Below, one piece after another: positions 19,488 to 29,333 of a stretch of 64,000 bases of DNA (position 1 is its first letter; each line of letters starts with the position of its first letter). Both the position numbers and the translations under genes were made by a program. The stretch comes from Candidatus Heimdallarchaeota archaeon. GTDB taxonomy: Archaea; Asgardarchaeota; Heimdallarchaeia; Hodarchaeales; Hodarchaeaceae. The notes below the pieces were generated by a model. The model was not told the origin of the DNA. It saw only the letters and a program-made list of their open reading frames with translations, and searched no databases. Where the stretch lies: NCBI GenBank assembly GCA_020353515.1, contig CP070695.1, forward strand, positions 4,426,823 to 4,490,822, read 5' to 3'.

Positions 19488-20936
19488 TTAAATACCAATT
19501 TTCTCTAATTCGGCTTTGATGGGTTTTATTTTTTCTGGAGATAGGTCCCAGTATTTCCAATACACTAGTGCCGCGAAGGCCATAAAAAAAGCTGGAACTA
19601 AACCAAAGTGGGCCATAATACCCCATAAAGCAGGATCAGATTGTATTGGAGCTTCTGGATCGAATGCAGTAAGTGTATGAATGATATATAATGTTCCAAT
19701 TTGAATAACTGTGACTAATCTTGCAAAAAAATTCCAAATCCCCAAATAAATACCTTCCTTTCTTTCGTGAAACTTTAAGGCTGCTAAATCAAAGAAATCC
19801 CCTTGGACTGGTATGCGAGATATTACTATTATTCCTCCTACAACACCCCACAAAGCAGCACCAAGCATCACAAACAGAAGACTTGCTTGAGCGCCAAAGA
19901 TCAAACTGAAAAAAATCAGTAATACTGGAAGCGGACTTAGCATTAAAGCGTATTTGAAGGCTTTTGAATGACCAAGTTTCTTCACAATCCAAATATAAAG
20001 TGGGATCAATAAAATAGTTGTCAATACATAAGGAAACGCTACCGTTGCTATCATTTGGCCGTATTCTGTGGATTCTGTATCTTTAATACCTAATATATAA
20101 GCAACATAATACGGTTGACTAGCGTTTATTAAAGCTAAAGCCACCGTAGTGCATAAAGTAACTATGGCTAATACGATAAATGGTTTAAGTTCAAAACAGT
20201 CTTTTATATTACTAAACAATTTAGGTAAAAACGGTTCTTGAGTTAATTCTTCTCTGAAATAAGCGTTTCTTATCGATTCCTCTTCTTTAATGCCAGGGAT
20301 TGATAGAATAAAGGAAATCAAAGCGATTATAGCTAGAATTATACTCATCATCATGTAGGAATCTGGATCTGGAGTAAGAGTTGCTACGATGGCTAATCCA
20401 ATGAAAGGACCCAGCATCATAAAAAGGTGTATGAAAGCCCCCAACGTCGTCCTTTCTTCCTTTGATCTAAACTTCACTGGAAGAAGTGCATTATAGTTGA
20501 CAAGAATGGTCGAAAGCAATCCATCATAAGCTGATAAGAAAAAAAGAAACCAGAAAAATAAAAACCAACTCCCTAAAGAAGAAACGAGGGATGCTGAGAA
20601 CAGAAGTACTAAAGCAAATAACAGAGGAATCGTACAGCCAACAATCCATGGAAATCTTTTCCCCCAACGACGAGTAAATCGGGTTTTTTGGTCAGAAAGA
20701 TGCCCAATAAACGGATCATTAAACATATCCCATATTGTGTATACTATACTTGCAAGAAACATCATTCCGATATCTAGACCGATCAACGACTCATAGAAAA
20801 AGGGATATTGTTGGGTAACTACAATGATCATTGCATTAAATCCAAACATCATTACAGCAAATGATGTGTAAGTTGATCGGGAATAATTTTGCCCCATATT
20901 AGCTGTTTGTTCTTTTAATTCACTTTGCTCGTTCAT
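19488..20936 (-). CDS. MFS transporter, GPH (glycoside-pentoside-hexuronide) family
   Basis: WDMFNDPFIGHLSD-x-x-TRFTRRWGKRFPW; ERKEGIYLG; about 12 TM. Confidence 0.9.
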   Translation of the reverse strand: MNEQSELKEQTANMGQNYSRSTYTSFAVMMFGFNAMIIVVTQQYPFFYESLIGLDIGMMFLASIVYTIWDMFNDPFIGHLSDQKTRFTRRWGKRFPWIVGCTIPLLFALVLLFSASLVSSLGSWFLFFWFLFFLSAYDGLLSTILVNYNALLPVKFRSKEERTTLGAFIHLFMMLGPFIGLAIVATLTPDPDSYMMMSIILAIIALISFILSIPGIKEEESIRNAYFREELTQEPFLPKLFSNIKDCFELKPFIVLAIVTLCTTVALALINASQPYYVAYILGIKDTESTEYGQMIATVAFPYVLTTILLIPLYIWIVKKLGHSKAFKYALMLSPLPVLLIFFSLIFGAQASLLFVMLGAALWGVVGGIIVISRIPVQGDFFDLAALKFHERKEGIYLGIWNFFARLVTVIQIGTLYIIHTLTAFDPEAPIQSDPALWGIMAHFGLVPAFFMAFAALVYWKYWDLSPEKIKPIKAELEKIGI

Positions 20937-21108
20937 TTCGTACTCAATCCTTATAAATTTAAACAGAAAGTAATGTTTGATTCAAAATACCGGACTAAAA
21001 ATCTTTTAACGTTAAAGTGATTTTTTTATTACTAAACTTAAAAAACATTCTAGAAACAATCGCAGAAAACACAACTATCACTGATCTTAATTCTAAAAGA
21101 TCCATTGG

Positions 21109-22032
21109 ATGAGTAGAATGATGAATATCAACAGGAACAAGGATCTGAATTCTCAGATAATGAAACTTTCTGATGGACGCCGCTTTGGTTATGCTGAATA
21201 TGGGGATTTAAATGGAAAACCCGTTTTTTACATTCATGGTAATCTCGGAAGTCGTTTAGAGGCAGCATTTGTTGAGGAAGAAAAACTGACGGATTTGGAA
21301 GTTAGATTAATATGTATAGATCGTCCTGGAATGGGAATTTCCGATTACCAGCCTGACCGGAAGATTTTGGACCTTCCAAATGATATATTAGAGTTAGCTA
21401 ATCATGTAGGACTTACTAAAAAACAATTTTCAATACTTGGAGGAAGTGGCGGTGGGCCTTATGCTCTCGCTTGTGCCTTTAGAATCCCTTCAGAGCGATT
21501 AAAAAGTTGTATTATCGTCTCTGGGTTAGGGCCTTATGAACTAGATAAAACGGGGATGAATTCTCGTGGGAAAAACCAACTTATCATCGCTCGACATTTT
21601 CCATGGGTATATCGTTTCTTGATTTGGTTCATGATGGGTCGTAAAGCAACAGCTGAGAACAGAAAATGGTGGGAAAAGAATTTCCAAAAACTCAATAAAG
21701 ATCTGCCGCTCCCCGATCAGGAAGTTGTCCTAAATCCAAGTATTGTTGATCGAATGATAGAAAAAACAATTGAAGCCTTCAAACAAGGTTCAAAAGGCCC
21801 TGCTCATGACTTTATATTATACACTAAACCTTGGGGGTTCAAACTAGAAAATATTCCCAAAGAAACGAATGTTTTCATATTTCATGGGGAACAAGATGTC
21901 AATGTTCCAGTATCAATGGCACGAACTATCAGTCAGCAACTCCCTAATTGTAATTCTAAATTTTATCCAAACGAAGGTCATTTATCAGTTTTGGTTAACA
22001 ATTTTCCAGAGATATGTAACCCTCTTTTCTAA
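21109..22032 (+). CDS. Alpha/beta hydrolase
   Basis: HGNLGSR, DRPGMG, GGSGGGPYA, HGEQD, EGH. Confidence 0.9.
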   Translation: MSRMMNINRNKDLNSQIMKLSDGRRFGYAEYGDLNGKPVFYIHGNLGSRLEAAFVEEEKLTDLEVRLICIDRPGMGISDYQPDRKILDLPNDILELANHVGLTKKQFSILGGSGGGPYALACAFRIPSERLKSCIIVSGLGPYELDKTGMNSRGKNQLIIARHFPWVYRFLIWFMMGRKATAENRKWWEKNFQKLNKDLPLPDQEVVLNPSIVDRMIEKTIEAFKQGSKGPAHDFILYTKPWGFKLENIPKETNVFIFHGEQDVNVPVSMARTISQQLPNCNSKFYPNEGHLSVLVNNFPEICNPLF

Positions 22033-22089
22033 TATCATCAGATTACAGGAAAAGTTGAGGTAATCCCAGCAGGATCAATCCTTCTCCAT

Positions 22090-22869
22090 TTATAGGAACG
22101 TAATTTGAGATTTATGTTCACTCAAATTTTTTTCTGAATTTGGTGTCACTGATTCAATATTTTTAATGAGAACGACGACTATCCCGGTAAATATAAATAA
22201 TCCAAAAATGAACAACCACCAAAAATTAGCCATTAAGATAGGAGCTAGGGGGGGTACGAACAATTCAACGACAATGGTATTACCCAGGTAATTGGTTCCA
22301 GAAATAATGAGCATCTTATCAATCTCGAACTGATAGTTCTTGTTTAAAAATAGTGGAAAAACAATGTAAGCTATGATTCGTAATAGATTTCTAAACCATT
22401 GTTCATTACAAGGGATGCATAAGAAGTCTTGAACAATAAAAGTAAAATCTTGGCCAAAAAAATTAGTTAAAATTGCCCCAAAGTTTAACATACAGAATGA
22501 AATTAATGCTGTGAGAATAAATAACTCTTTCTTTGTATCTATGTTTCGATATTGTTGAGCATTTTTTATAGATAAATATGATAGAAATCCGTTTGCTACA
22601 ATACCTAAGGGAAAAGATAAAAACAAAGAGAAAATTCCGAGTGGGAAATTTCTGAATGGATTCTCTTGTATTCCCTCAATAGGAACTTCTGGGATCTCTC
22701 GGTTGAGAATAATAGCTGGAACCACAATTATTCCATGACCACCTTCGTGAGAAAACATTGTAATAAAAATCAGAATAGGTAAAATTATTAAGAGTGTGCT
22801 ACTCATGAATATTAATATTAATATATTTTTTATAGAAAAAAAATCTTTTTCTGGTCGATTTAGATTCAA
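22090..22869 (-). CDS. Membrane protein with HExxH motif (possible M50/S2P-like metalloprotease)
   Basis: FSHEGGHG at the end of the first hydrophobic segment; about 6 TM; NFFGQD as candidate third-ligand region. Confidence 0.55.
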   Translation of the reverse strand: MNLNRPEKDFFSIKNILILIFMSSTLLIILPILIFITMFSHEGGHGIIVVPAIILNREIPEVPIEGIQENPFRNFPLGIFSLFLSFPLGIVANGFLSYLSIKNAQQYRNIDTKKELFILTALISFCMLNFGAILTNFFGQDFTFIVQDFLCIPCNEQWFRNLLRIIAYIVFPLFLNKNYQFEIDKMLIISGTNYLGNTIVVELFVPPLAPILMANFWWLFIFGLFIFTGIVVVLIKNIESVTPNSEKNLSEHKSQITFL

Positions 22870-22902
22870 AATTCATACCTCATTTAATTTAATTTCCGAA
22901 AC

Positions 22903-23454
22903 CTATTCTGTATCACCAATATGCCTGAAAAAAAGTTTAAGAAAGGCTGGAGTAGATTTACGAATGCGAAGAAACCATAATAGCAGTATTAATTCTCCTA
23001 CGAGTAATATAAAGAGTATTGGATAAATTAGAAACGGGGTATCAGGTGTATTAAGGGCGATGATAGTGATAATTATGTGAATAACAATTATGAAAGAAAC
23101 CATCCCAATCCCGATATTGATTCCCTGTAAAGCTAACGGTTTTCCTGTTTCTTTTTGTGAGAGGAAAGCTTCTTTTAATAAGGGTTGATCAGCTTCCATT
23201 ATATCGCGATTGATAACATCTAATATTTCAAGCGTTCTTTTTCCAAGAGGGGTAATGATATATTTGTTTTCTTCGTTTTTACTAACAAAACCTTTGATTT
23301 GATTCAAATGATAAGTGAGTTTTCCCGAAGAGATATCAAAGTGATTTAACAGATCAGTGAAGGTTTGTGGTTGGTTGAATATAATTCTTAAAGCTTCTCT
23401 ACGTATATCATGAGCAATAGCTTGAATTATAACTTTTTCTGAAGGAATAGACAT
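22903..23454 (-). CDS. Membrane-tethered winged-HTH transcription factor
   Basis: AIAHDIRREAL...TFTDLL...ISSGKLTYHLNQI...YIITPLG followed by two TM helices. Confidence 0.85.
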   Translation of the reverse strand: MSIPSEKVIIQAIAHDIRREALRIIFNQPQTFTDLLNHFDISSGKLTYHLNQIKGFVSKNEENKYIITPLGKRTLEILDVINRDIMEADQPLLKEAFLSQKETGKPLALQGINIGIGMVSFIIVIHIIITIIALNTPDTPFLIYPILFILLVGELILLLWFLRIRKSTPAFLKLFFRHIGDTE

Positions 23455-23776
23455 TATATTAACACCAACAGAACCATAAACAGAATCATTTTTATTATTT
23501 TTTGAAAAGAAAACTTTACAACCGTGCCAAATAAATTTTACAAAGGAATGGAGTATTGAAAAGAAAAATTTCCAAATTCATCATAATTTATTGTCAAACG
23601 ATGTAAGTCTTCTCAATACATTTGAGGGAAGTAATTTCATGCTGTCATCTCAGATATAAATCTAAGATGTCTTTTCTATTAATTTTTTTAACTTGTCTGG
23701 ATGATAGTGCAATAATTGGGAGAATGATTTTTCAGGCTTTAGATGAGAGTTAGGAGTTATTTTTTCTAGCGGTTTT

Positions 23777-24550
23777 TTACTCTTTTTTTTTAATAATTTC
23801 AAAGAAATAGCTTTCTTGGACTATCATTTCGTCTCTAATACTTACCATAATCCGTTTACTGATCTTATTGGCAGTTGAATAAAAATCTGGATCTGAATCA
23901 CTCCATCCCTTTTTCCGATTGTATTTTTTGAAAAGAAGTGGTTTACAAAAGGAGATTGAAATAAACGACTTAAATTTAGGGACAATCTTTCCTTGACTTA
24001 ATGCTTCGTGGGATCCATGAATATACATTGGCACTACTGGGATCTTCCCGTTGAGTCTTAAAATAACTCGTCCAACTCCTGATTTTGCTTCTCGAATCAA
24101 ATGATGATAGTCGTGTATAGGATTACTAGGAATTCTTTTACCTTGTGGAGCTATAAGTACTGCTAAATTTTCTTTTAACAGTTTAATGGCATAATCGAGA
24201 GCTGGGTTTGGATCTTGTGAATAAACTGGAAAAGCTCCAAGATATTTCAGCAAACCAAAGAATTTTTGCTCCATTGCTTTTCCACTTGCCATTAAACCAC
24301 ATGAAGTTCTATTTCCAAAGGGGTACACCAATGCACTTGCAAAAATAAAGGTATCTAAATGGGATCTGTGATTAAAACAATAAATAACTGGGATTCCTTC
24401 AGGAAAATTGGTTGTATTTTCGATTCCATTTACTTCAAATCGAAAGTATCGACGTATAATTCGTGGAAGTATTAATTTAACAAATTGGTAAAATAACCTG
24501 TGTGGAAGCGACCATGACCGTGGGGTAGTTTTTGGAGGAAGAAGCAGCAT
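23777..24550 (-). CDS. 1-acyl-sn-glycerol-3-phosphate (lysophospholipid) acyltransferase family, PlsC-like
   Basis: NHRSHLD (HX4D), GAFPV, APQGKR, KSGVGR, VVPMYI. Confidence 0.88.
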   Translation of the reverse strand: MLLLPPKTTPRSWSLPHRLFYQFVKLILPRIIRRYFRFEVNGIENTTNFPEGIPVIYCFNHRSHLDTFIFASALVYPFGNRTSCGLMASGKAMEQKFFGLLKYLGAFPVYSQDPNPALDYAIKLLKENLAVLIAPQGKRIPSNPIHDYHHLIREAKSGVGRVILRLNGKIPVVPMYIHGSHEALSQGKIVPKFKSFISISFCKPLLFKKYNRKKGWSDSDPDFYSTANKISKRIMVSIRDEMIVQESYFFEIIKKKE

Positions 24551-24690
24551 CTCAGCTCCTTATTTACTAAAATTTGTTTCTTACAATCAGAACAAAAATC
24601 ATTAATATATCGTTATTATATTATTATCTAGAGCTCTTTTCAACCTCCTTTGCTCTAAGATAAATCAACACCCTTCATGTTGACAAGAAG

Positions 24691-25050
24691 ATGAAAAGTA
24701 CTACCAAAAGAATAGATGAATTAGAACAATTGATCAAATCTCTCATGTTAGAAATTCACAACAATATCAACTACTCTGTTAAAAACATTTCCCATCTGGA
24801 AAAAGACGTAGACTACCTTAAATCCCTTATGAAAATTGATACTCTCGATGAGAAAAACGCTCTTACTGATAAACTGGTAGATGTCTTACGGGAGTTTTCG
24901 TATCAATACAGTAAATGTCAAATTTGTGGGATTGATAAAATCCTTATCCAGTGTTCTGAGTGTAAAAGACATACGTGTATGTCATGTTTGAACGTGGTGA
25001 CATCATCCTTGGGAAGGAAACAGTGTTTATATTGTGGCCATCGTGATTGA
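24691..25050 (+). CDS. Coiled-coil plus C4C4 zinc-finger (RING-like) protein
   Basis: C-x2-C-x8-C-x2-C-x4-C-x2-C-x12-C-x2-C at the C-terminus; heptad-like N-terminus. Confidence 0.75.
   Translation: MKSTTKRIDELEQLIKSLMLEIHNNINYSVKNISHLEKDVDYLKSLMKIDTLDEKNALTDKLVDVLREFSYQYSKCQICGIDKILIQCSECKRHTCMSCLNVVTSSLGRKQCLYCGHRD
25003..25033 (+). repeat. 31-bp direct repeat, copy 1
   Basis: TCATCCTTGGGAAGGAAACAGTGTTTATATT; 30/31 identical to 27950-27980. Confidence 0.9.
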
Positions 25051-25052
25051 TT

Positions 25053-27830
25053 TTATTGCCACGAATTTATTCGGGCTGCTTTTTCAATAAATCCTGCAGA
25101 TAAACTCTTCATACGAGCTTGTAAAAGAATTTGCCGTCCTTCTAAGGTTCGCGTGTAAATAAGCTCCATTTTACCAACATATTTAGCCCAATTTCTACCG
25201 AATTCTTGAGAATACTCTTTATTTGTTGCCAAGATTGTGGGAAGACCCAGATAATCCTGTCGTTTGAAAATTTTTCCCCAAATAGATCTACGTTTCAAGA
25301 GATAGCGGGGATTTTCAATTGGACTCAGAAGCTCCTCAAGGGCATCAAGGAAGATCGATTCCTCTCTTTTAGTGCAATTATGGATGTAGCATCTAACTGC
25401 ACCTAAGTATATTTCATCTTTTTCGGTTTTTATAGTGATTTTCTTAAAGGGTGTTTTAATTTTCCTAATATTACAGAGAGATATCAGCAAAGCATTCGCA
25501 ACCTGATTCATACTACCTTTCAAAGGACCATGTCTCAAAAAGAGCCACATAGCTTTGAGAAAATATGGTAGGAAGATTAAAAATCCAACAAGAATGCCAA
25601 TAAGAACGAGGAGTAAAAGAAAATCCAGCTCACCTTGGAAACGTACCCTGCTTAATCCTCGAATGTAGAGGGTGAGAAAAAATAGCGAACTCATGATTCC
25701 TTGCCAAACAATAGCAGCAATAGTATTTGTAAAGACATAAAAACGGGGTAAACTTGCTGGACTGGATCTAACCCCATGTACAAGTTTATAACCTTTATAA
25801 GATCGCAGGGCTTTCTCCCAGTCATCTACCATCGATTCTCGGTCAACTGCCATTGTCTTGGTCAATTGGTTATAATTTTTTATTTCCTTAGTAGTTATAG
25901 GGGGTTTTTTAATATTCAATCGCTCAAGTCCATTCGAAATAATAGGCTTATCAAAAGCTACTCCGAGAAAACCATTGAAACGTCGCTGTAGAATATGAAA
26001 ATCTCCTCCAATGGCTTTTCGATCAGGAAGAAACCCAATTCTTGCTTTAAATGAAGGTAAATCTAAACACACTAGATGCCAGATATTAGCGGTCTTATTG
26101 GGGGTTGTGGGGTCGATTCTTATGGCTCTACCTCGCATTTGGTTACTCAGCATAAAAGAACCCACAAAAGAAGCTAATATAAGAGAGTTGATCGAAGGAG
26201 CATCCCAACCTTCTCCTAAAAGTGAGGTTGTCCCCACTAAGACATTTAATCCCCCTTCAGTGAATAGTCGGGTAATCAGTTCAACACGCTTCCTTTTATC
26301 AGCACCTTTAAACCTTATATGAAGATAGAATGGATCATGTTTACATTCTGTAATCGTTATTCGATCCAAGGGGATTTCTTCATCCTCTATGATCTGGTTA
26401 AATAGAAATTCGCTTACTCTGGGAATGATTATTATCGACCCAGTCAACACTCCCAATTTTGGTTGAGTTCTTGTCAAATCCGAATTCAAGTAACGACGAA
26501 TTTCTTCAAAAATGGGAATTACTCCTATTTTATTGATCGCAACCGCATCCTCGGGACTCTTTGGTAAGTATTCTTTTCGAATAAAATCTGTCAAAATGAC
26601 CTGTCGTAACGACTCTCCAAGATGGGATGACTCTAAATCCACAATCTCAACTATACACTTTAGCTTAGATAAGCTTTGTTTTAAAATGCGTTCTATTTCT
26701 TCTACACCCTCCAAGTCTACTTTTCTTCTCTCAATCGCCCCCAAGGTTTTTAGTTGATCGTGGATCTGGGATAGGAAAGGGGGAAGATCTTCTAATGAAG
26801 GAAAGGAATTATACAACAAGCCTGTGAATAAAATCTCCAACCATACTAACGAGATTCTGGGTAAATCTTCTGATTCAGAATTTACAATTTTCAGAGTATT
26901 CTTGGGAATTGTCACCTCGATGCTATTAAGATACACAAGCATACTGGAGAAGAAAGCTGGTTCTTCTAAAATGGCCTCTATGTGAGTAGATGGATTAGTA
27001 ATCCATGGATGGAAGTATAAATAATCTCTGAGGGAACCATCGTGATTAATTTCGCTAATAAGATTCCAGATCTTTTTTCTAAAGCGCAAGATTTCTGTTG
27101 ATTCATCATCGGTTGGTGTGGAAAAAAGCACATAATCCTGGTGATAACATAGATTTCTTGCTTTTACAAGCTCAGGAACACTGACTTCAGTATCAGCTGG
27201 ACCACATAACTGGGTATAACGTTCCCATTCTGCTGGTAAAACATCATACGGAGGTGTTGCAGTCAAAGAAACAATGGTACTAGGAGATAAATGCTGAATC
27301 ACTTCCTGTAAGGTCACCCACCAGTTCCTTCGCAGATGATGGGCTTCATCAACAACGATAGTCCTCACATTTTGGCTTTTTAAGAGATCAATTACGTCAA
27401 AATTCCGAGTCGATCGTTTACGGGGTTTTTTTACTTCATCCCCTAGTACTTCATGATCCTCTTTGAGATACATGGCACTATAGAGCCCTTGATACGTGGA
27501 AACGGTTAAAAATCGTGGATCTTTAATGTTATCAGAAATCCAAGATGGTTTCTGTTTATCAGGAATAAAATGAGTTACAAATCGGTCGACCCATTGATTC
27601 TTTATAGCAATTGTAGGTGCAAAAATAATAGTAGGTTTGTTGAGTCGTAAAATGACTTCTAAACCTATTATTGTCTTACCTGATCCAGGTGCTGCCACGA
27701 TATGAAGACGAGAATCATCTAAATACCTTTCTAATTCCAATAAAATTCGTTCTTGATAAGGACGCCATGGATATTGGAATCTCAGATTCGAAGGAAATTG
27801 AGCCATAAAGTCTCCATTCATAGTATTCAC
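25053..27830 (-). CDS. SF2 DEAD/DEAH-box helicase (ResIII-like) with C-terminal TM hairpin
   Basis: WRPYQ Q-motif, APGSGKT, DEAHH, LTATP, LGEGWDAP, QMRGRAIR; two hydrophobic helices near the C-terminus. Confidence 0.9.
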   Translation of the reverse strand: MNTMNGDFMAQFPSNLRFQYPWRPYQERILLELERYLDDSRLHIVAAPGSGKTIIGLEVILRLNKPTIIFAPTIAIKNQWVDRFVTHFIPDKQKPSWISDNIKDPRFLTVSTYQGLYSAMYLKEDHEVLGDEVKKPRKRSTRNFDVIDLLKSQNVRTIVVDEAHHLRRNWWVTLQEVIQHLSPSTIVSLTATPPYDVLPAEWERYTQLCGPADTEVSVPELVKARNLCYHQDYVLFSTPTDDESTEILRFRKKIWNLISEINHDGSLRDYLYFHPWITNPSTHIEAILEEPAFFSSMLVYLNSIEVTIPKNTLKIVNSESEDLPRISLVWLEILFTGLLYNSFPSLEDLPPFLSQIHDQLKTLGAIERRKVDLEGVEEIERILKQSLSKLKCIVEIVDLESSHLGESLRQVILTDFIRKEYLPKSPEDAVAINKIGVIPIFEEIRRYLNSDLTRTQPKLGVLTGSIIIIPRVSEFLFNQIIEDEEIPLDRITITECKHDPFYLHIRFKGADKRKRVELITRLFTEGGLNVLVGTTSLLGEGWDAPSINSLILASFVGSFMLSNQMRGRAIRIDPTTPNKTANIWHLVCLDLPSFKARIGFLPDRKAIGGDFHILQRRFNGFLGVAFDKPIISNGLERLNIKKPPITTKEIKNYNQLTKTMAVDRESMVDDWEKALRSYKGYKLVHGVRSSPASLPRFYVFTNTIAAIVWQGIMSSLFFLTLYIRGLSRVRFQGELDFLLLLVLIGILVGFLIFLPYFLKAMWLFLRHGPLKGSMNQVANALLISLCNIRKIKTPFKKITIKTEKDEIYLGAVRCYIHNCTKREESIFLDALEELLSPIENPRYLLKRRSIWGKIFKRQDYLGLPTILATNKEYSQEFGRNWAKYVGKMELIYTRTLEGRQILLQARMKSLSAGFIEKAARINSWQ

Positions 27831-27949
27831 TGTAATTTCTCCTCCTCTTTATATATTTAAGCGTTGGAAAAAAACGGTCAGCGGTCTAGAGCTTCTTGAA
27901 ATAATAATTCAAAAATCATTTGAAAAGATGGATTTTGAATTTCTATAGC

Positions 27950-27980
27950 TCATCCTTAGGAAGGAAACAGTGTTTATATT
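27950..27980 (+). repeat. 31-bp direct repeat, copy 2
   Basis: TCATCCTTAGGAAGGAAACAGTGTTTATATT. Confidence 0.9.
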
Positions 27981-28265
27981 TTGAGTAATTTTACTTTACC
28001 TTATATAGATGTGATTTGCATCTTAATCTCTGGAAGGATAATTAAACTAATAGAAGGTTCTTTAGTATATGCATATGAGAACTAGAGGATACAAAATCAA
28101 TGGATGACCAAGATTTAAAAATTGGTTGTGAACTTGAATCAACCTTCTGGATAATAAAAATCAAGAAAATAGCAGGATATCTTTAACCACAGGATTAACT
28201 CTATAAATTCAATGACTGAATTTACTAAAAAGGCTTCATGAATTTATATCTGGATTTGTAGGACA

Positions 28266-29000
28266 TTGGTAACTTTAACAGATATACTACACCCAACTCG
28301 ATTGAAAATACTGGAGATATTGGGAGAGGGATCTCAGGCTCTTGCTACCATTGCACGAGGTCTTGACCTGTCTAAGCCTGAAATATCACGCCACTTAACA
28401 AGGATGCGGGAACTAAACTTAGTTGAAAAAAAGGATAAAGTTCATCAGTTGACAAATTTAGGTGAAGTTATCCTAAATTTAACCTCACCGATTGAATTTG
28501 TAATTCATAATTATGATTATTTTATGAATCACAAGATCGATCTACCGACTTCTCTCATTCGAGATATTGATTCTCTGATGAATAGTGAGCTGATGTCTGG
28601 AACTGGGTACTTAATGTCTAAAATGGATGAATTTCGTTCAAATATTACCAATGAAGTTAAAATGATGATCGATCAGCCTTTTCCTGGGACTAGTGTCTAT
28701 ATTGAGAAAGCCTTGCTAATTGTTCCTTCGTATGCTAAGTCAGAAAACCTTAATCTAGAAATATTACAAGAATATTGTAAATATTTTGAAATTCGTACAC
28801 TTCCAATCGTTAATCTTACCCTAGGAATTCTTGACCGAAAATATGGTTTCCTATTATTCCCTGATAGAATAATTGGAAAAATTGATTACAATCATGCTTT
28901 TACTGTTGGGGATGAAATGGGATTGGACTTTCTATCAAGAATATGGGATTATTTTTGGGAAAAGGCCAAACTAAGAGTGAAGTCTTCTGAGCAAGTTTAG
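28266..29000 (+). CDS. Archaeal ArsR-like wHTH regulator with C-terminal putative sensing domain
   Basis: HPTRLKILEIL...LSKPEISRHLTRMRELNLV...LTNLG; C-terminal IWDYFWEKA. Confidence 0.82.
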   Translation: MVTLTDILHPTRLKILEILGEGSQALATIARGLDLSKPEISRHLTRMRELNLVEKKDKVHQLTNLGEVILNLTSPIEFVIHNYDYFMNHKIDLPTSLIRDIDSLMNSELMSGTGYLMSKMDEFRSNITNEVKMMIDQPFPGTSVYIEKALLIVPSYAKSENLNLEILQEYCKYFEIRTLPIVNLTLGILDRKYGFLLFPDRIIGKIDYNHAFTVGDEMGLDFLSRIWDYFWEKAKLRVKSSEQV

Positions 29001-29024
29001 CATTTTTAGAAATCATTTCATACT

Positions 29025-29327
29025 TTGAAAAAAGTGCCAAAACTGTCAAAGAAAGTTTTTAATGATGTACTTTTCTCATATTTCCTGCATATGTCAGATA
29101 ATCACCATATCGATTTCACTGTAGTCAAATTGCAAGATGAATCTCCATTTAAAATGGAGATAAATGAAACGAGCTTTTCTTTAACTGCTAATCTTGGAAA
29201 ACTTGTACTTGTTTCATTCTCTGAAGAAATTCTTACACTTCAATTTGACAAAGGACATCTACGAATCGATATGACCTTTGAAGACATCTATCGATATTTT
29301 AACTTAAAGGAAATAAAAAAGGAGTAA
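29025..29327 (+). CDS. Hypothetical protein (start may be the ATG near 29091)
   Basis: ORF in a co-directional cluster; beta-rich pattern. Confidence 0.55.
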   Translation: MKKVPKLSKKVFNDVLFSYFLHMSDNHHIDFTVVKLQDESPFKMEINETSFSLTANLGKLVLVSFSEEILTLQFDKGHLRIDMTFEDIYRYFNLKEIKKE

Positions 29328-29333
29328 TGAATT

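Noticed and set aside
25053-27830. Type III restriction-modification system
   Set aside because: No Mod methyltransferase and no clear nuclease motif
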